From the NCBI GenBank assembly GCA_965140415.1, contig OZ223209.1, positions 5,824,001-5,888,000 of the forward strand: 64,000 bases of DNA, given 5' to 3'. Source of the stretch: Myxococcota bacterium. Lineage in GTDB: Bacteria > Myxococcota_A > SURF-8. Positions within the stretch are counted from its first letter, which is position 1, and every line of letters starts with the position of its first letter. The notes beneath the pieces were generated by a model, which saw nothing but the letters and a program-made list of their open reading frames with translations, was not told the origin of the DNA and ran no database searches. Made by a program: the position numbers and the translations under genes. Shown here piece after piece: positions 27,910 through 37,677 of the stretch.

Positions 27910-30900
27910 GCCCTCTCCTGTGCTTGAGGTTGAATGGATTGTTGGAACACCCGGTAGGCGTCTATTTTGGTGATCAGGTTGCGATGATCGTATACCCCCA
28001 TGTGAATCGTTCCCGCCGGACATTCCGCGACACAAATGCCGCAACCCTGACAAAGCGCCGGATTGATTTCCGCGCTGTGCTCGGCGTTGATAAACGGCAC
28101 ACCATAAGGACAGGCACGTACGCAGGTCAAACACACCGCGCAATGCTCCGGGTCTACCTGACTGACAATTCCCGAAAGACGAAGGCTCTGCTTGCTTAGC
28201 ACCGTGGCCGCTCTCGCCACCGCCGCATTCGCCTGGGAAATCGTTTCCTGCATGTTTTTCGGGCCGTGAGCGACTCCCGCCAGATACAGACCATCGCTGG
28301 CGAAATCCACCGGACGCAGCTTGGCATGCGCCTCGAAGAAAAAGCCGTGATCGTTTCGCGGCACACGCAGCATTGTGGCCAGTTCTTCCGTTTGTGCAGC
28401 TTCGATGCCAGTCGCCAGTACCAATAACGACGGACGCAGTTCGACCCGACGACGGATGGATGGATCGAGCAGTTCAATGAAGATCTTTTCTTCTTCAAAA
28501 CGCACCTGCGGCGCATTCTCGTCCGGTTCGTAACGGACAAAGTTCACGCCCAGTTGTCGTGCCTGCCGATATTTCAATTCGCTCATGCCGTAGCTGCGGA
28601 TGTCGCGGTAAAGCACGTCGATGCGCGTTTTCGGGAACCGTGTTTTGATAGCGAGGGCGTTTTTTATCGACTGATTGCAGCAGATGCGGGAGCAGTAGGG
28701 TAAATGCTGCGCATCGCGGCTACCTGCACACAATAACATCACGATCCAGGGATGCTGAAATCCCAGTTCCGGTTCCTGCTCCAGGCGCTGTTCCAAGTCG
28801 CTCTGTGTCAGCACACCCGGATGTGTACCCAGTCCATATAGCTCGGGCCTGGATTCCACTCCGCCGGTGGCGACGATGGCCGCGCCGTGCTTCAGGCTGC
28901 GCGTCACACCGGCGGGCGTCATGATCGTAGTTTCGAAATTGCCGACGAAGCCGCCATGCTCCACCACTTCCGAAGAGGCCAGAACTTGGATATTCGGTTG
29001 CTCACGCACCTCATTCACGAGTCGGGCCAGAACCGGAGCGACAGGAACGCCTTCTTCGGCCTGCTTGATCTTTTTCATTTGGCCGCCCAGCGTCGCTTCG
29101 CGTTCGATAAGATAGACGCCGAAGCCCTGCCTGGCAGCCTGCAAAGATGCCGTCATACCGGCCAAACCGCCGCCGATGACCAGCAGATGCGGATTGACTT
29201 CGAATTCATGCTCTTTTAAGGCAACGGCCTGCGCGACGTTGGATACCGCCATATGGACCAGCCGTCTGGCCTTTTCCGTCGCCCGTTCGGGTTGACCTTG
29301 ATGCACCCAACTGCAATGATCGCGAATATTGGCCATGTCGAACATGTAACGGTTCAACCCGGCCTGTCGCAGGGTTTCCTGAAACACCGGTTCATGGGTT
29401 CGCGGTGAACAGGCGGCAACCACCACATGTGTCAACTGCTGCTCATTGATAATGGTCCGCATGCGCTCCTGGGTATCCTGCGAGCAGGTATACAAAGGAT
29501 GCTCGGCATACACGACACCCGGCAAGCCCTTTGCGTAATCGACCACGTTTTCAACATCCACCACCGAGGCAATATTGATGCCGCAGTGACAGACAAAGAC
29601 GCCGATTCGTTTTTCTTCCCCGTTTTCGTTCCGTTCAGGCGGGAAGCTTTCGCGTTCGACCAGGCTGCCGCGCGCATCTGCAAGATTGGCTGCCGCCGCT
29701 GCTGCGGCGCCGCTGGCCTCACTGACGGTCTCCGGGATATCCTTGGGTCCGCTGAAAACACCCGAAACGAACACACCGGGCCGGTTGGTAGCTAACGGCT
29801 GGAAGGGATCTGTGCGGGCAAAGCCGAAGCGATCCAAGTCCACCCCCACCCGCTGTGCCAGCAGGCGAGTTTTATCCGAAATTTCCACACCGACCGAGAG
29901 CACCACCAGATCGAAGTTTTCCCGTACCTGTCCGCCGTCTTCGCCGATGTAGCGCAACTCCAGGTCGTGACTGTTGGGGTCTTCGTATACACGGCTGACC
30001 ATGGCGCGTACATAGCGTACGCCGTGATGTTCCTGCGCCCGGATGGCGTAGTCGTCGAAGTTTTTACCGAACGCACGCAGATCGATGAAAAAGATGGTGG
30101 GTTCGATATTGGCATCGTGATCGCGCGCGATTACCGCTTCCTTGGTGGCGTACATGCAGCAGACGGAAGAGCAATAGTCGCGCTCACAGGTCGTGTCGCG
30201 ACTGCCTACGCATTGTATCCAGGCGATTTTACGCGGGTGTTTGCCATCGGACGGTCGCGCCACCGTGCCCGATGTCGGACCCGAAGCGGAAAGCAGGCGT
30301 TCGAACTCGATGCTGGTCATCACGTTCTGATACACACCGTAGCCAAATTCTCCACGCCGAGCGGCGTTGAAGGTGTCGTAGCCGGGAGAAAGAATCACCG
30401 AGCCGACTTCGAAGGTTTGCAGCGACTCGCTGTGGTCGTAATGAATGGCCTTGGCGTCGCACAGGGATTGACAGGTACCGCAAGCACCGACATTCAACCG
30501 GACACAGCTTTGCTCGTCGATTACCGGTACGCGCGGAACGGCCTGTGGGTATTGGATGTAAATGGGTTTTCGCGCAGAGAGGCGTTCGTTGAATTGGCTG
30601 CGCAAGGGATGCGCTTCTTTGTTGCTTAATTGTTCGATTTTCAGAAAATCTACCGGGCATACCGACACGCAGGCCCCGCAGGCGCGACATTTTTCCCGAT
30701 CGACTTCGATTCCCTCCGCCGTGAGCAACAGTGCGCCGGTATTCATGACTTTGTCGCACATTACCTGGCATAAACCGCAGCGAAGACAATCCGCTCCTCG
30801 TTCGTCTTGCTTCGTCTCTCGTAATTTTTCGGAGCGTGCCAGTATAGCCGCGCCCATGCTACGCTGTATTTCCGGAACGTCGTCAACGCGGATAGCGTCG

Positions 30901-31565
30901 AATTTAGCAGGACAGGCCACGTAACAGGCTCCGCAGCGGATACAGGCCTGCTCGTCGATTTTCGCGACCTGCTTCTTTTCCCAGTCGATCGCTCCTACCG
31001 GGCAGCGCCTGGCGCAGGTACCGCACATGCGGCAAGCTTCTTCGTCTACCGAGAAACGCCAGCCGTAATCCGCAATGCCTTTGCGTGCACCGAAAAACGG
31101 TAATACGACTTTGTCCTTTTTAGGCTTCGAGGCTGCCTTGTTGTCATCCATTTCGGGGAAATAGGGACGATGCGTTACCGGACAGACGATTTCACATTGT
31201 CCGCAACCGGTGCAGGCATTCAGATCGACATAGCGTGGGCGTTTGCGCACCGTCACGGAAAAATTTCCCACTTCGCCTTCTACACTGACTAGTTCGCTAT
31301 AGGTGATCAGTTCGATGTTGCGATGCCGTCCCAATTCAACCAACTTGGGAGAGATAATGCACATCGAACAGTCGTTGGTTGGAAAGGTCTTGTCCAGTTG
31401 CGCCATACGCCCGCCGACCGAAGGTGACTGTTCCAGCAGGTAGACCTTGAAATCCGCATTGGCCAGATCCAAGGCGCTTTGCATACCGCTGATACCGCCG
31501 CCGACAACCAATACTGCTCCAATTGGGCGGAGGACCTCTTGTTTTGTCTGTTGCCTGGCGTCCAT
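27906..31565 (-). CDS. hdrA: Large HdrA-like flavoprotein (two FAD modules, extra ferredoxin insert)
   Basis: GGGISG and GGGLAG FAD sites, LDKTFPTNDCSMC, CVGSRD...CSSVCC, CAGSRD...CSRICC, eight ferredoxin-type motifs. Confidence 0.93.
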   Translation of the reverse strand: MDARQQTKQEVLRPIGAVLVVGGGISGMQSALDLANADFKVYLLEQSPSVGGRMAQLDKTFPTNDCSMCIISPKLVELGRHRNIELITYSELVSVEGEVGNFSVTVRKRPRYVDLNACTGCGQCEIVCPVTHRPYFPEMDDNKAASKPKKDKVVLPFFGARKGIADYGWRFSVDEEACRMCGTCARRCPVGAIDWEKKQVAKIDEQACIRCGACYVACPAKFDAIRVDDVPEIQRSMGAAILARSEKLRETKQDERGADCLRCGLCQVMCDKVMNTGALLLTAEGIEVDREKCRACGACVSVCPVDFLKIEQLSNKEAHPLRSQFNERLSARKPIYIQYPQAVPRVPVIDEQSCVRLNVGACGTCQSLCDAKAIHYDHSESLQTFEVGSVILSPGYDTFNAARRGEFGYGVYQNVMTSIEFERLLSASGPTSGTVARPSDGKHPRKIAWIQCVGSRDTTCERDYCSSVCCMYATKEAVIARDHDANIEPTIFFIDLRAFGKNFDDYAIRAQEHHGVRYVRAMVSRVYEDPNSHDLELRYIGEDGGQVRENFDLVVLSVGVEISDKTRLLAQRVGVDLDRFGFARTDPFQPLATNRPGVFVSGVFSGPKDIPETVSEASGAAAAAAANLADARGSLVERESFPPERNENGEEKRIGVFVCHCGINIASVVDVENVVDYAKGLPGVVYAEHPLYTCSQDTQERMRTIINEQQLTHVVVAACSPRTHEPVFQETLRQAGLNRYMFDMANIRDHCSWVHQGQPERATEKARRLVHMAVSNVAQAVALKEHEFEVNPHLLVIGGGLAGMTASLQAARQGFGVYLIEREATLGGQMKKIKQAEEGVPVAPVLARLVNEVREQPNIQVLASSEVVEHGGFVGNFETTIMTPAGVTRSLKHGAAIVATGGVESRPELYGLGTHPGVLTQSDLEQRLEQEPELGFQHPWIVMLLCAGSRDAQHLPYCSRICCNQSIKNALAIKTRFPKTRIDVLYRDIRSYGMSELKYRQARQLGVNFVRYEPDENAPQVRFEEEKIFIELLDPSIRRRVELRPSLLVLATGIEAAQTEELATMLRVPRNDHGFFFEAHAKLRPVDFASDGLYLAGVAHGPKNMQETISQANAAVARAATVLSKQSLRLSGIVSQVDPEHCAVCLTCVRACPYGVPFINAEHSAEINPALCQGCGICVAECPAGTIHMGVYDHRNLITKIDAYRVFQQSIQPQAQERA

Positions 31566-31568
31566 TGC

Positions 31569-32435
31569 TTATCCTTGAAGTTCGCTCGTGAGTTCCACAG
31601 TTTGCGATAGTACCGAACCGATCGAAATCAAATGACCATTGAATCGTGTGGTATCGCTCTGTTCCGCCAAAGTGAACGCGATCAATTCCGTTGAATAGAA
31701 AACCGGCATGGGAAAAGTAGTATCTCCCGGCTTTGCTTCCGCCTGGCGGGTTTCGAGATTGGCATGGCACATGGGACAGTCCGTCACGATTGCCTGCGCC
31801 CCGCCGATGCGCGCCGCCTGTACGACGTCGTTTACAAGTTTATAGGTGATATCGGGACGGGCCATCGTCAGGCTACCACCGCAGCATTCGGTTTTGTGAC
31901 TGAAAGCGACCGGATGCCCACCCAGCGCATTGACAAGTTGATCCAAACGCTGCGGTTGTTCGAAATCCTGTGCACCGGTGACTTTGGGCGGACGCAGCGA
32001 CAGGCAACCATAGTAGCAAGCCAGCGGCAGACCGCCCAGCGAGCGCTTGCGCTTCTGCGCCAGTTCCACCAGAACTTCCGTTCTGCTCAATAATTGCGAG
32101 ATATGCACGATTTCGAAGGTGGGGTTGTATTCGGTCAGTCCATATTCTTCGGGTTGTTGCCTTAACTCGTGATCCGCCGCCATCAGGCGACTGTAGCAAG
32201 CCGAGCAGGGGACCAGAAGATCTTCTCCTACTTGCTGAGCCAGTTGCAGATTACGCGCGCTTAATTTTGTGGCCAACTCATGGCTGGTCATGTGCGCGCT
32301 GCTGGCGCCACAGCAATTCCAATCTGCCAATTCTACCAGTTCAATATCCAGGTAATGCGCCACCTCGCGCACGGACTCCTGATATTCACGAGCCGTGCCG
32401 GTCAACGAGCACCCAGGATAGTAGCTCATGCGCAT
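31569..32435 (-). CDS. hdrB: HdrB-like CCG-domain protein
   Basis: YYPGCSL, WNCCGA, CSAC, YYGCL, ECCGGS, CPMCHANL. Confidence 0.92.
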   Translation of the reverse strand: MRMSYYPGCSLTGTAREYQESVREVAHYLDIELVELADWNCCGASSAHMTSHELATKLSARNLQLAQQVGEDLLVPCSACYSRLMAADHELRQQPEEYGLTEYNPTFEIVHISQLLSRTEVLVELAQKRKRSLGGLPLACYYGCLSLRPPKVTGAQDFEQPQRLDQLVNALGGHPVAFSHKTECCGGSLTMARPDITYKLVNDVVQAARIGGAQAIVTDCPMCHANLETRQAEAKPGDTTFPMPVFYSTELIAFTLAEQSDTTRFNGHLISIGSVLSQTVELTSELQG

Positions 32436-32437
32436 GG

Positions 32438-33001
32438 CTACCCCTCCTTTCCGCTGCGTTTAAAGATTTCCCGCAGTTCTGCACGCGCTTTGATGCGATT
32501 GGGCAGGAATTTCAATTTTCCGCGCCCGAACATGCGCATACCCAGTTTCATGTCGCCGAACAAGTCACCACTGCGCAGCTTGTAGGCTCCGATCATTCCC
32601 AGTTCGTAGGTGCGTCCATGAGACTCTACGGAGTCTAAAAAGGCCTTATGAAACGCCACGATGCGCGGTTCCGTCGGTTTGTATCCGCGCCGCAGGCCGA
32701 AGGAACGCAAGGTGTCCATGGCGGCGGCGATGTCGATATCGTTGGGGCAGCGCGTACTACAGGTTTCACAGGAGGCGCACAGCCAAATGGTGTGGCTCTG
32801 CATCAGTTCCTCTTCCGCTCCGTAGGCACACAAACGGATAACTTCCATGGGCAGCAGATCGAAGAAAGAGGACACCGGGCATCCTGCCGAGCAGCGCCCG
32901 CATTGATAACAGGCTTGCACGTCCACACCGCGCTCGCGCAATTCACGCAGCAGTTTGCGGCTGGCCTTGGCCGGATTGATAGCGGCGGTCTGTTCGCTCA
33001 T
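32438..33001 (-). CDS. hdrC: HdrC-like 2x[4Fe-4S] protein
   Basis: CYQCGRCSAGCP and IWLCASCETCSTRCP. Confidence 0.92.
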   Translation of the reverse strand: MSEQTAAINPAKASRKLLRELRERGVDVQACYQCGRCSAGCPVSSFFDLLPMEVIRLCAYGAEEELMQSHTIWLCASCETCSTRCPNDIDIAAAMDTLRSFGLRRGYKPTEPRIVAFHKAFLDSVESHGRTYELGMIGAYKLRSGDLFGDMKLGMRMFGRGKLKFLPNRIKARAELREIFKRSGKEG

Positions 33002-34551
33002 GGTTCTTCTCCCGACTGACCTGGCTGCCAGACCGGGAAACGCAGCGTAAAGCGCGCGCCTTCACCCGGATCGGACTGTACCCGGATCGTGCCTTTGTGC
33101 TCGCGCACGATGGCATAGGAAACCGAAAGACCCAGGCCGGTGCCTTCGCCTTGCGGTTTGGTTGTATAAAACGGATCGAAGATCTGGGGTAGCACCTCCG
33201 GGGTGATGCCCGGACCGTCATCTTGAATGACGACTTCGGCAAAGTCGTTCTGAGAACGCAGACGGCTGGAAATCGACAACGTACCTTTACCCTGCATGGC
33301 CTGGGCTGAATTGACGACGATGTTCATAAATACCTGGTTCAGCCGAGCGGGATTGCCCTGGATGTAACCCAGATCCTCTTGTAAATCGAGTTTCAACCGG
33401 ATGTTGTGGAACAGCGGCTGCATTTCCAATAATGCCAGCGTTTTGGTCACGATTTCGTTCAGTTCCATTTCGACCATGTCGTAAGCCGTCTGGTGAGAAA
33501 ACTCCAACAGATCCGCCACGATTACCTTGCAGCGTTCGGCTTCGTGGATGATGGTCTGAAGATCCGCTGCCAAGGGATGCTCCTCGCCCAGTTCCTCTTT
33601 GACCAGGTTGGCGTAGAGCATGATGCCGCTCATGGGGTTGTTGATTTCATGGGCCACACCGGCTGCAAGTCGTCCCAGCCCGGCCATTTTTTCCGACTGC
33701 AACAGCATCTGGTGGGTTTGTTGCAAATCTTCCTGGAACTTATGGATGACGCGCAGATCGGTGAAAATTCCGAAGGTGGCATGTTCCTGACCATGATCGT
33801 ATATGATGCCGCCGGAGAAACTCATCGGAATCAATTGGCCGTCTTTGGTGATGGCGGTCAGTTCATGCCGCAACAGTTTCCCCTTGCCGCCGTACTCGTC
33901 GCTGCGCATACGTCGCAGAATATCGCGCGCCTCTCCCTCCGGGTACAGGCGCGAAACATGTAGTGTTTCCAGTGCCTCCCGCTCGTCGTATCCCAATAGA
34001 CTTTGCGCACCCTGGTTAAAAAGAATCAGGCGGCCTTTCATGTCCGAGGCGATGATGCCATCGACCGAAGAGTCGATCAGGTTGTGGAAAAAGGAGTTGC
34101 GCCGCCGCAGTTCGCTTTCCAGTTCGATACGGTCGTTGATGTCGATCAGAATCACGGCGTAATTGTCGTTTTGCGAATCGGGGCGCATGAAGACCACTTC
34201 GACCGTACGCCTGCGCTCGTCTCCCTGACGACGCAAAGTCATTTCGTGGCGGAAGGATTCGTCGAACAAACGCTCGGAAAAGAACAAGCCGTTCTCGCCG
34301 CCAAGTACCGGATCGTCCGCAATGCGCAGCGCCTCAACCAAGGGCTCACCTGCCAGTTTCCCGTAAGCCATACCCAGAAAACGGCTGGCCGCCGGGTTGC
34401 CGTAGAGAATGCGGTGTTGATTGTCGATCACCAACACGCCGTTGGGCGTCTGCTCCAGAATCGTATACAGCATCAGGTTGGACCCCAACTCGTGCACCAG
34501 CTTGGAAAGCAGATTTTCCCCCACTGATGACATCGGTTGCGGATTCAACAT
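32998..34551 (-). CDS. Soluble PAS-PAS histidine kinase (NtrB-like)
   Basis: Two PAS domains, EKMAGLGRLAAGVAHEINNP, DDGPG, PFYTTK, GTGLGL; no TM; start uncertain (34551 or 34533). Confidence 0.9.
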   Translation of the reverse strand: MLNPQPMSSVGENLLSKLVHELGSNLMLYTILEQTPNGVLVIDNQHRILYGNPAASRFLGMAYGKLAGEPLVEALRIADDPVLGGENGLFFSERLFDESFRHEMTLRRQGDERRRTVEVVFMRPDSQNDNYAVILIDINDRIELESELRRRNSFFHNLIDSSVDGIIASDMKGRLILFNQGAQSLLGYDEREALETLHVSRLYPEGEARDILRRMRSDEYGGKGKLLRHELTAITKDGQLIPMSFSGGIIYDHGQEHATFGIFTDLRVIHKFQEDLQQTHQMLLQSEKMAGLGRLAAGVAHEINNPMSGIMLYANLVKEELGEEHPLAADLQTIIHEAERCKVIVADLLEFSHQTAYDMVEMELNEIVTKTLALLEMQPLFHNIRLKLDLQEDLGYIQGNPARLNQVFMNIVVNSAQAMQGKGTLSISSRLRSQNDFAEVVIQDDGPGITPEVLPQIFDPFYTTKPQGEGTGLGLSVSYAIVREHKGTIRVQSDPGEGARFTLRFPVWQPGQSGEEP

Positions 34552-34567
34552 GATGTATCCATCCGTT

Positions 34568-35440
34568 TCAGCGCCCGATCCGGTCCAGGAATTCCGGTAA
34601 ACGCAGACCCCAGCCCAGCGCATGCAACACGGCCCCCGCACAACGTTGTTGTATGTCTTTCATGAAATCGGCGGCGATTTCCACACCGGCCTGAGCCTTG
34701 ACCGGGGAGTCCATCATCCGCTTTAAATATTCCGTCGGTACGGAAGGCACCCCGGGCAGGTTGTCCAGGTAACGAATCATCGCTACCGACTTGAGCAGCA
34801 TGACGGTGGAGAATAGTTTCAATCCGGCATCTTCGGCTTTCTGGATGAACAGCTCGATGATGTTCAGATCGTAGGTTGGCCCCAATAGCACGAAGTCCAC
34901 GCCGTACTCTGCGTAACGCGCCAGTTCTTCGGCGTGCTTTCGATTTACCGAGTGGTCGTCGGATAGATCCAGACCTGCACCGATAGTGAACTCGGTACCG
35001 CCCTCCAACGCTTCACCACCCAAATCTTTTCCGTTGTTCAATGCGCCCACGGCTTGCAGCATGGTGTTCAGATCCAGATCGCCGCTGGTGCGCACCATGG
35101 GCTGATCGCCCCAGCTCGGGTCGATCCCTTCCTTTATAATGACGTTCCTCACTCCCAGCGCGTAAGCACTCAACAGATCGGCCTGTAAGGAAATCCGGTT
35201 ACGGTCGCGTCCGTTGATGACGATCAGTGGGTCCAGGTTGCTTTCCAGCAGCCGCAACGCCGGAGCCAGTGGAGACATGCGCATCACTGCATGTTCGCTG
35301 TCCGTTACCGCCACCGTGTCCACGCGTCCACGCAGTTGCAGCGTACGTTCCACAAAGGCGTCCAGTGTCGCGCCTTTGGGCGGATCTACCTCGGCTACCA
35401 GACAGAACTCGTTTTTCTTGATGAATTCGGCAAATGACAT
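34568..35440 (-). CDS. Divergent MetF-like protein
   Basis: AEVDPPKG, VTDS, RDRNRISLQAD, LLKS match MetF, but several catalytic positions are changed; AGGAGGAG RBS. Confidence 0.85.
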   Translation of the reverse strand: MSFAEFIKKNEFCLVAEVDPPKGATLDAFVERTLQLRGRVDTVAVTDSEHAVMRMSPLAPALRLLESNLDPLIVINGRDRNRISLQADLLSAYALGVRNVIIKEGIDPSWGDQPMVRTSGDLDLNTMLQAVGALNNGKDLGGEALEGGTEFTIGAGLDLSDDHSVNRKHAEELARYAEYGVDFVLLGPTYDLNIIELFIQKAEDAGLKLFSTVMLLKSVAMIRYLDNLPGVPSVPTEYLKRMMDSPVKAQAGVEIAADFMKDIQQRCAGAVLHALGWGLRLPEFLDRIGR

Positions 35441-35593
35441 CCAGTCTCCTCCTGCAAGAGTTGCAAGACACCGTGTACGACCGGATCGAGATCGCTTTGG
35501 AGTGGGGAACTGGAATACGCGAATGAGAGGTGCTTCCCTACATGAATGGGAATTCGCGCTAGTTCATGATTGCTAGCGTAATGCTAATGTTTT

Positions 35594-35622
35594 ACCGTAG
35601 CAGTAAAAAAGAACGAGGTCAA
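35594..35622 (-). promoter_or_regulatory. Candidate sigma70 promoter of the metF-like/hdr/met operon
   Basis: TTGACC-N17-TACGGT with an extended TGn. Confidence 0.45.
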
Positions 35623-35683
35623 GCGAGTCTTTTGGATTAAAAATGAGTGGTCATTCATCTTTTCGAGAATGTATGATTGCGCG

Positions 35684-36451
35684 CTACTTCGGTTTGCTTG
35701 AATTGATGCAGCCGGATACCTGCTCGCAGGTCAAGGCACGGGAGAGGCAGTCGAGCAAACTTGCGTCGGCATCGACACCGATCTGGCGTTCGCAGTCGGT
35801 GGCGTCCAGGTAAACCGCGTCGGGCACGCAGCGCAGCAGGCGCGCGCAGGCTTTGGTGATTATTGAGGGCTGGGGCGTTGCAGTCGTTTGTACGGGTGCG
35901 ATCTTTCGGTCGGCTTCGCGTTTGCGCAAGCGTTCGATAGCGGCCCGCACCAGCGCCATGTTTTCTTTTCGCACACCCAGTTGAGCCACACTGCCCGAAC
36001 CGATATGATCGTCCGTTTCCTCTTTGTGCAGACGCAGCGATTTCCAGGAGGTCAGCCCCTGCAAACCTACGGTCACACTCTCGATCTTTTTCCAGGCAAA
36101 CTCCGCCTGCGATCCGTCGTCAAGATTTCCCACGCAGGCTACATTACCGCGCTCGTTCGTTTTTGCACAATTTGCATCGGCTTTGTAACCCCACTTCGCC
36201 CCGCTTTCATCCACGATCAATTCCATCTGCTTGCAGCGTTTGGTTCGTGACCAGAAGTTGCAGTTGTAGTCTTCCCAGGCGGCACGAAAGACGGTCAATG
36301 CTTCCGCTTTACTCATCTCGCCATATTGAGACTCGTTCTTATCGGTCAGAGAAGAGGGAAGCGAAATGCGCGCCGTATCCGTGGCGCAAGCGCAACATGC
36401 AAGCAGAAGAAGAACAAGCGGCAAGCGTAGCAGGTGGTTTGAAACTGGCAC
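35684..36451 (-). CDS. Hypothetical secreted/lipoprotein with a small C-terminal Cys-rich domain
   Basis: GTG 36451 with AAAGGA RBS; hydrophobic signal ending LACCAC; C-terminal 6-Cys module. Confidence 0.65.
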   Translation of the reverse strand: MPVSNHLLRLPLVLLLLACCACATDTARISLPSSLTDKNESQYGEMSKAEALTVFRAAWEDYNCNFWSRTKRCKQMELIVDESGAKWGYKADANCAKTNERGNVACVGNLDDGSQAEFAWKKIESVTVGLQGLTSWKSLRLHKEETDDHIGSGSVAQLGVRKENMALVRAAIERLRKREADRKIAPVQTTATPQPSIITKACARLLRCVPDAVYLDATDCERQIGVDADASLLDCLSRALTCEQVSGCINSSKPK

Positions 36452-36630
36452 GATAAAATCCTTTGTATCGGCAATTCGAAAAGAGTCGGGCACGTCCGAT
36501 TGGAACGGATTGTAAACGCGGCCTCTTGTTCGTGCAAGCAAGAAGTCGCACAAGCACCTTCCCCCCGAAACGAGAAGCGATAGGTTCGCGCGATACTAAT
36601 GATAGCGGCTAGAACCGGGTAGTAAATATT

Positions 36631-37317
36631 CTACACGTAGGGTTGATCGTCTTTATAGGGTTTGGCGATCTGGATGCAGATATTGTAAATGTGGCGCATC
36701 ACTCGCTTGTGGAAACGGAATAACAATGCGGTGGCCACCGGGGTTCTAGATAAAGACGGGTCTTTCATCAGGTCGAACATGATGAAATCACAGCGCTTCG
36801 TATGAGGAATGACTTCATCGCAGATCTGCTGGCAGAGCTGGGCATCGTCCTGTTTGTACGCTTGGATCATACGTGGAAACGCGCTTGAAACCCAGGCTCG
36901 CTGTTGCTGGATATCCTTTGGGTATTCGTCGCCGAGGATCGTCACGCCTTTCAGCAACAATTTGAACATGTTCTTGGAGTAATCGCCGATGCGTTCCGCA
37001 TTCTTGATCAAACCCAGAAACATCATGCGACTGGGAATATCTGCGCCGGGTCGTGAGGAAGACATCGAAACCAACACTTCCCTGCGGATAGACTCTTCCA
37101 GGCGGTTCAATTCTTCGTCCTGCGCCACGACCTGAGTTCTGACTTCTTCTGTAATGGGAACACCATCCAACAAGATGGTCATAATCTGTTCGTAGAGCCG
37201 ATGCGAGATCACCAGCATGGACTCAAAATGTTCCGCCAAAGGATCGGTTCGTGATTCTTGAGCGTTCATGCCAAGCAACGTCGCGATCAGAGAAGGTTTT
37301 CTGATTTCAGCACACAT
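36631..37317 (-). CDS. PhoU-domain protein
   Basis: DEELNRLEESIRR and AERIGDYSKN motifs; the second repeat is degenerate. Confidence 0.75.
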   Translation of the reverse strand: MCAEIRKPSLIATLLGMNAQESRTDPLAEHFESMLVISHRLYEQIMTILLDGVPITEEVRTQVVAQDEELNRLEESIRREVLVSMSSSRPGADIPSRMMFLGLIKNAERIGDYSKNMFKLLLKGVTILGDEYPKDIQQQRAWVSSAFPRMIQAYKQDDAQLCQQICDEVIPHTKRCDFIMFDLMKDPSLSRTPVATALLFRFHKRVMRHIYNICIQIAKPYKDDQPYV

Positions 37318-37578
37318 GATGGACCTCGATTCGGGTTCAGCAGATATTTCGACGCCAGCATACTGAAAAGCACAACCGAAATCAACGGCAGATTGTTAGA
37401 AATTGGGTAATTTCCACAGGATCTTGTCATTTTCGCTCAGGTTCATCTGCGTCATAAGTTGGAATAAAGCTAACTGGACAACAACGAATATGACGCAATG
37501 CAATGCTCACAAGTGAAACTGTAACATATTGTATAAACTTAAGAATATTATTCATTGTGAAAAAATTAAAAAAACAGC

Positions 37579-37607
37579 TTGACACTGATAATGCAATGCG
37601 TTATATT
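37579..37607 (+). promoter_or_regulatory. sigma70 promoter of the phasin-like gene
   Basis: TTGACA-N17-TATATT with an A-rich UP element. Confidence 0.65.
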
Positions 37608-37677
37608 CTTGTTAATGGTTATGTTGTAAATGCCGGATACGAGTTTTGTATTCGATAAAATTTGAAAGGAGAACATC

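Noticed and set aside
37555-37572. Rex operator (TTGTGAAAAAATTAAAAA)
   Set aside because: The right half-site is poor and lies in an A-tract better explained as an UP element.
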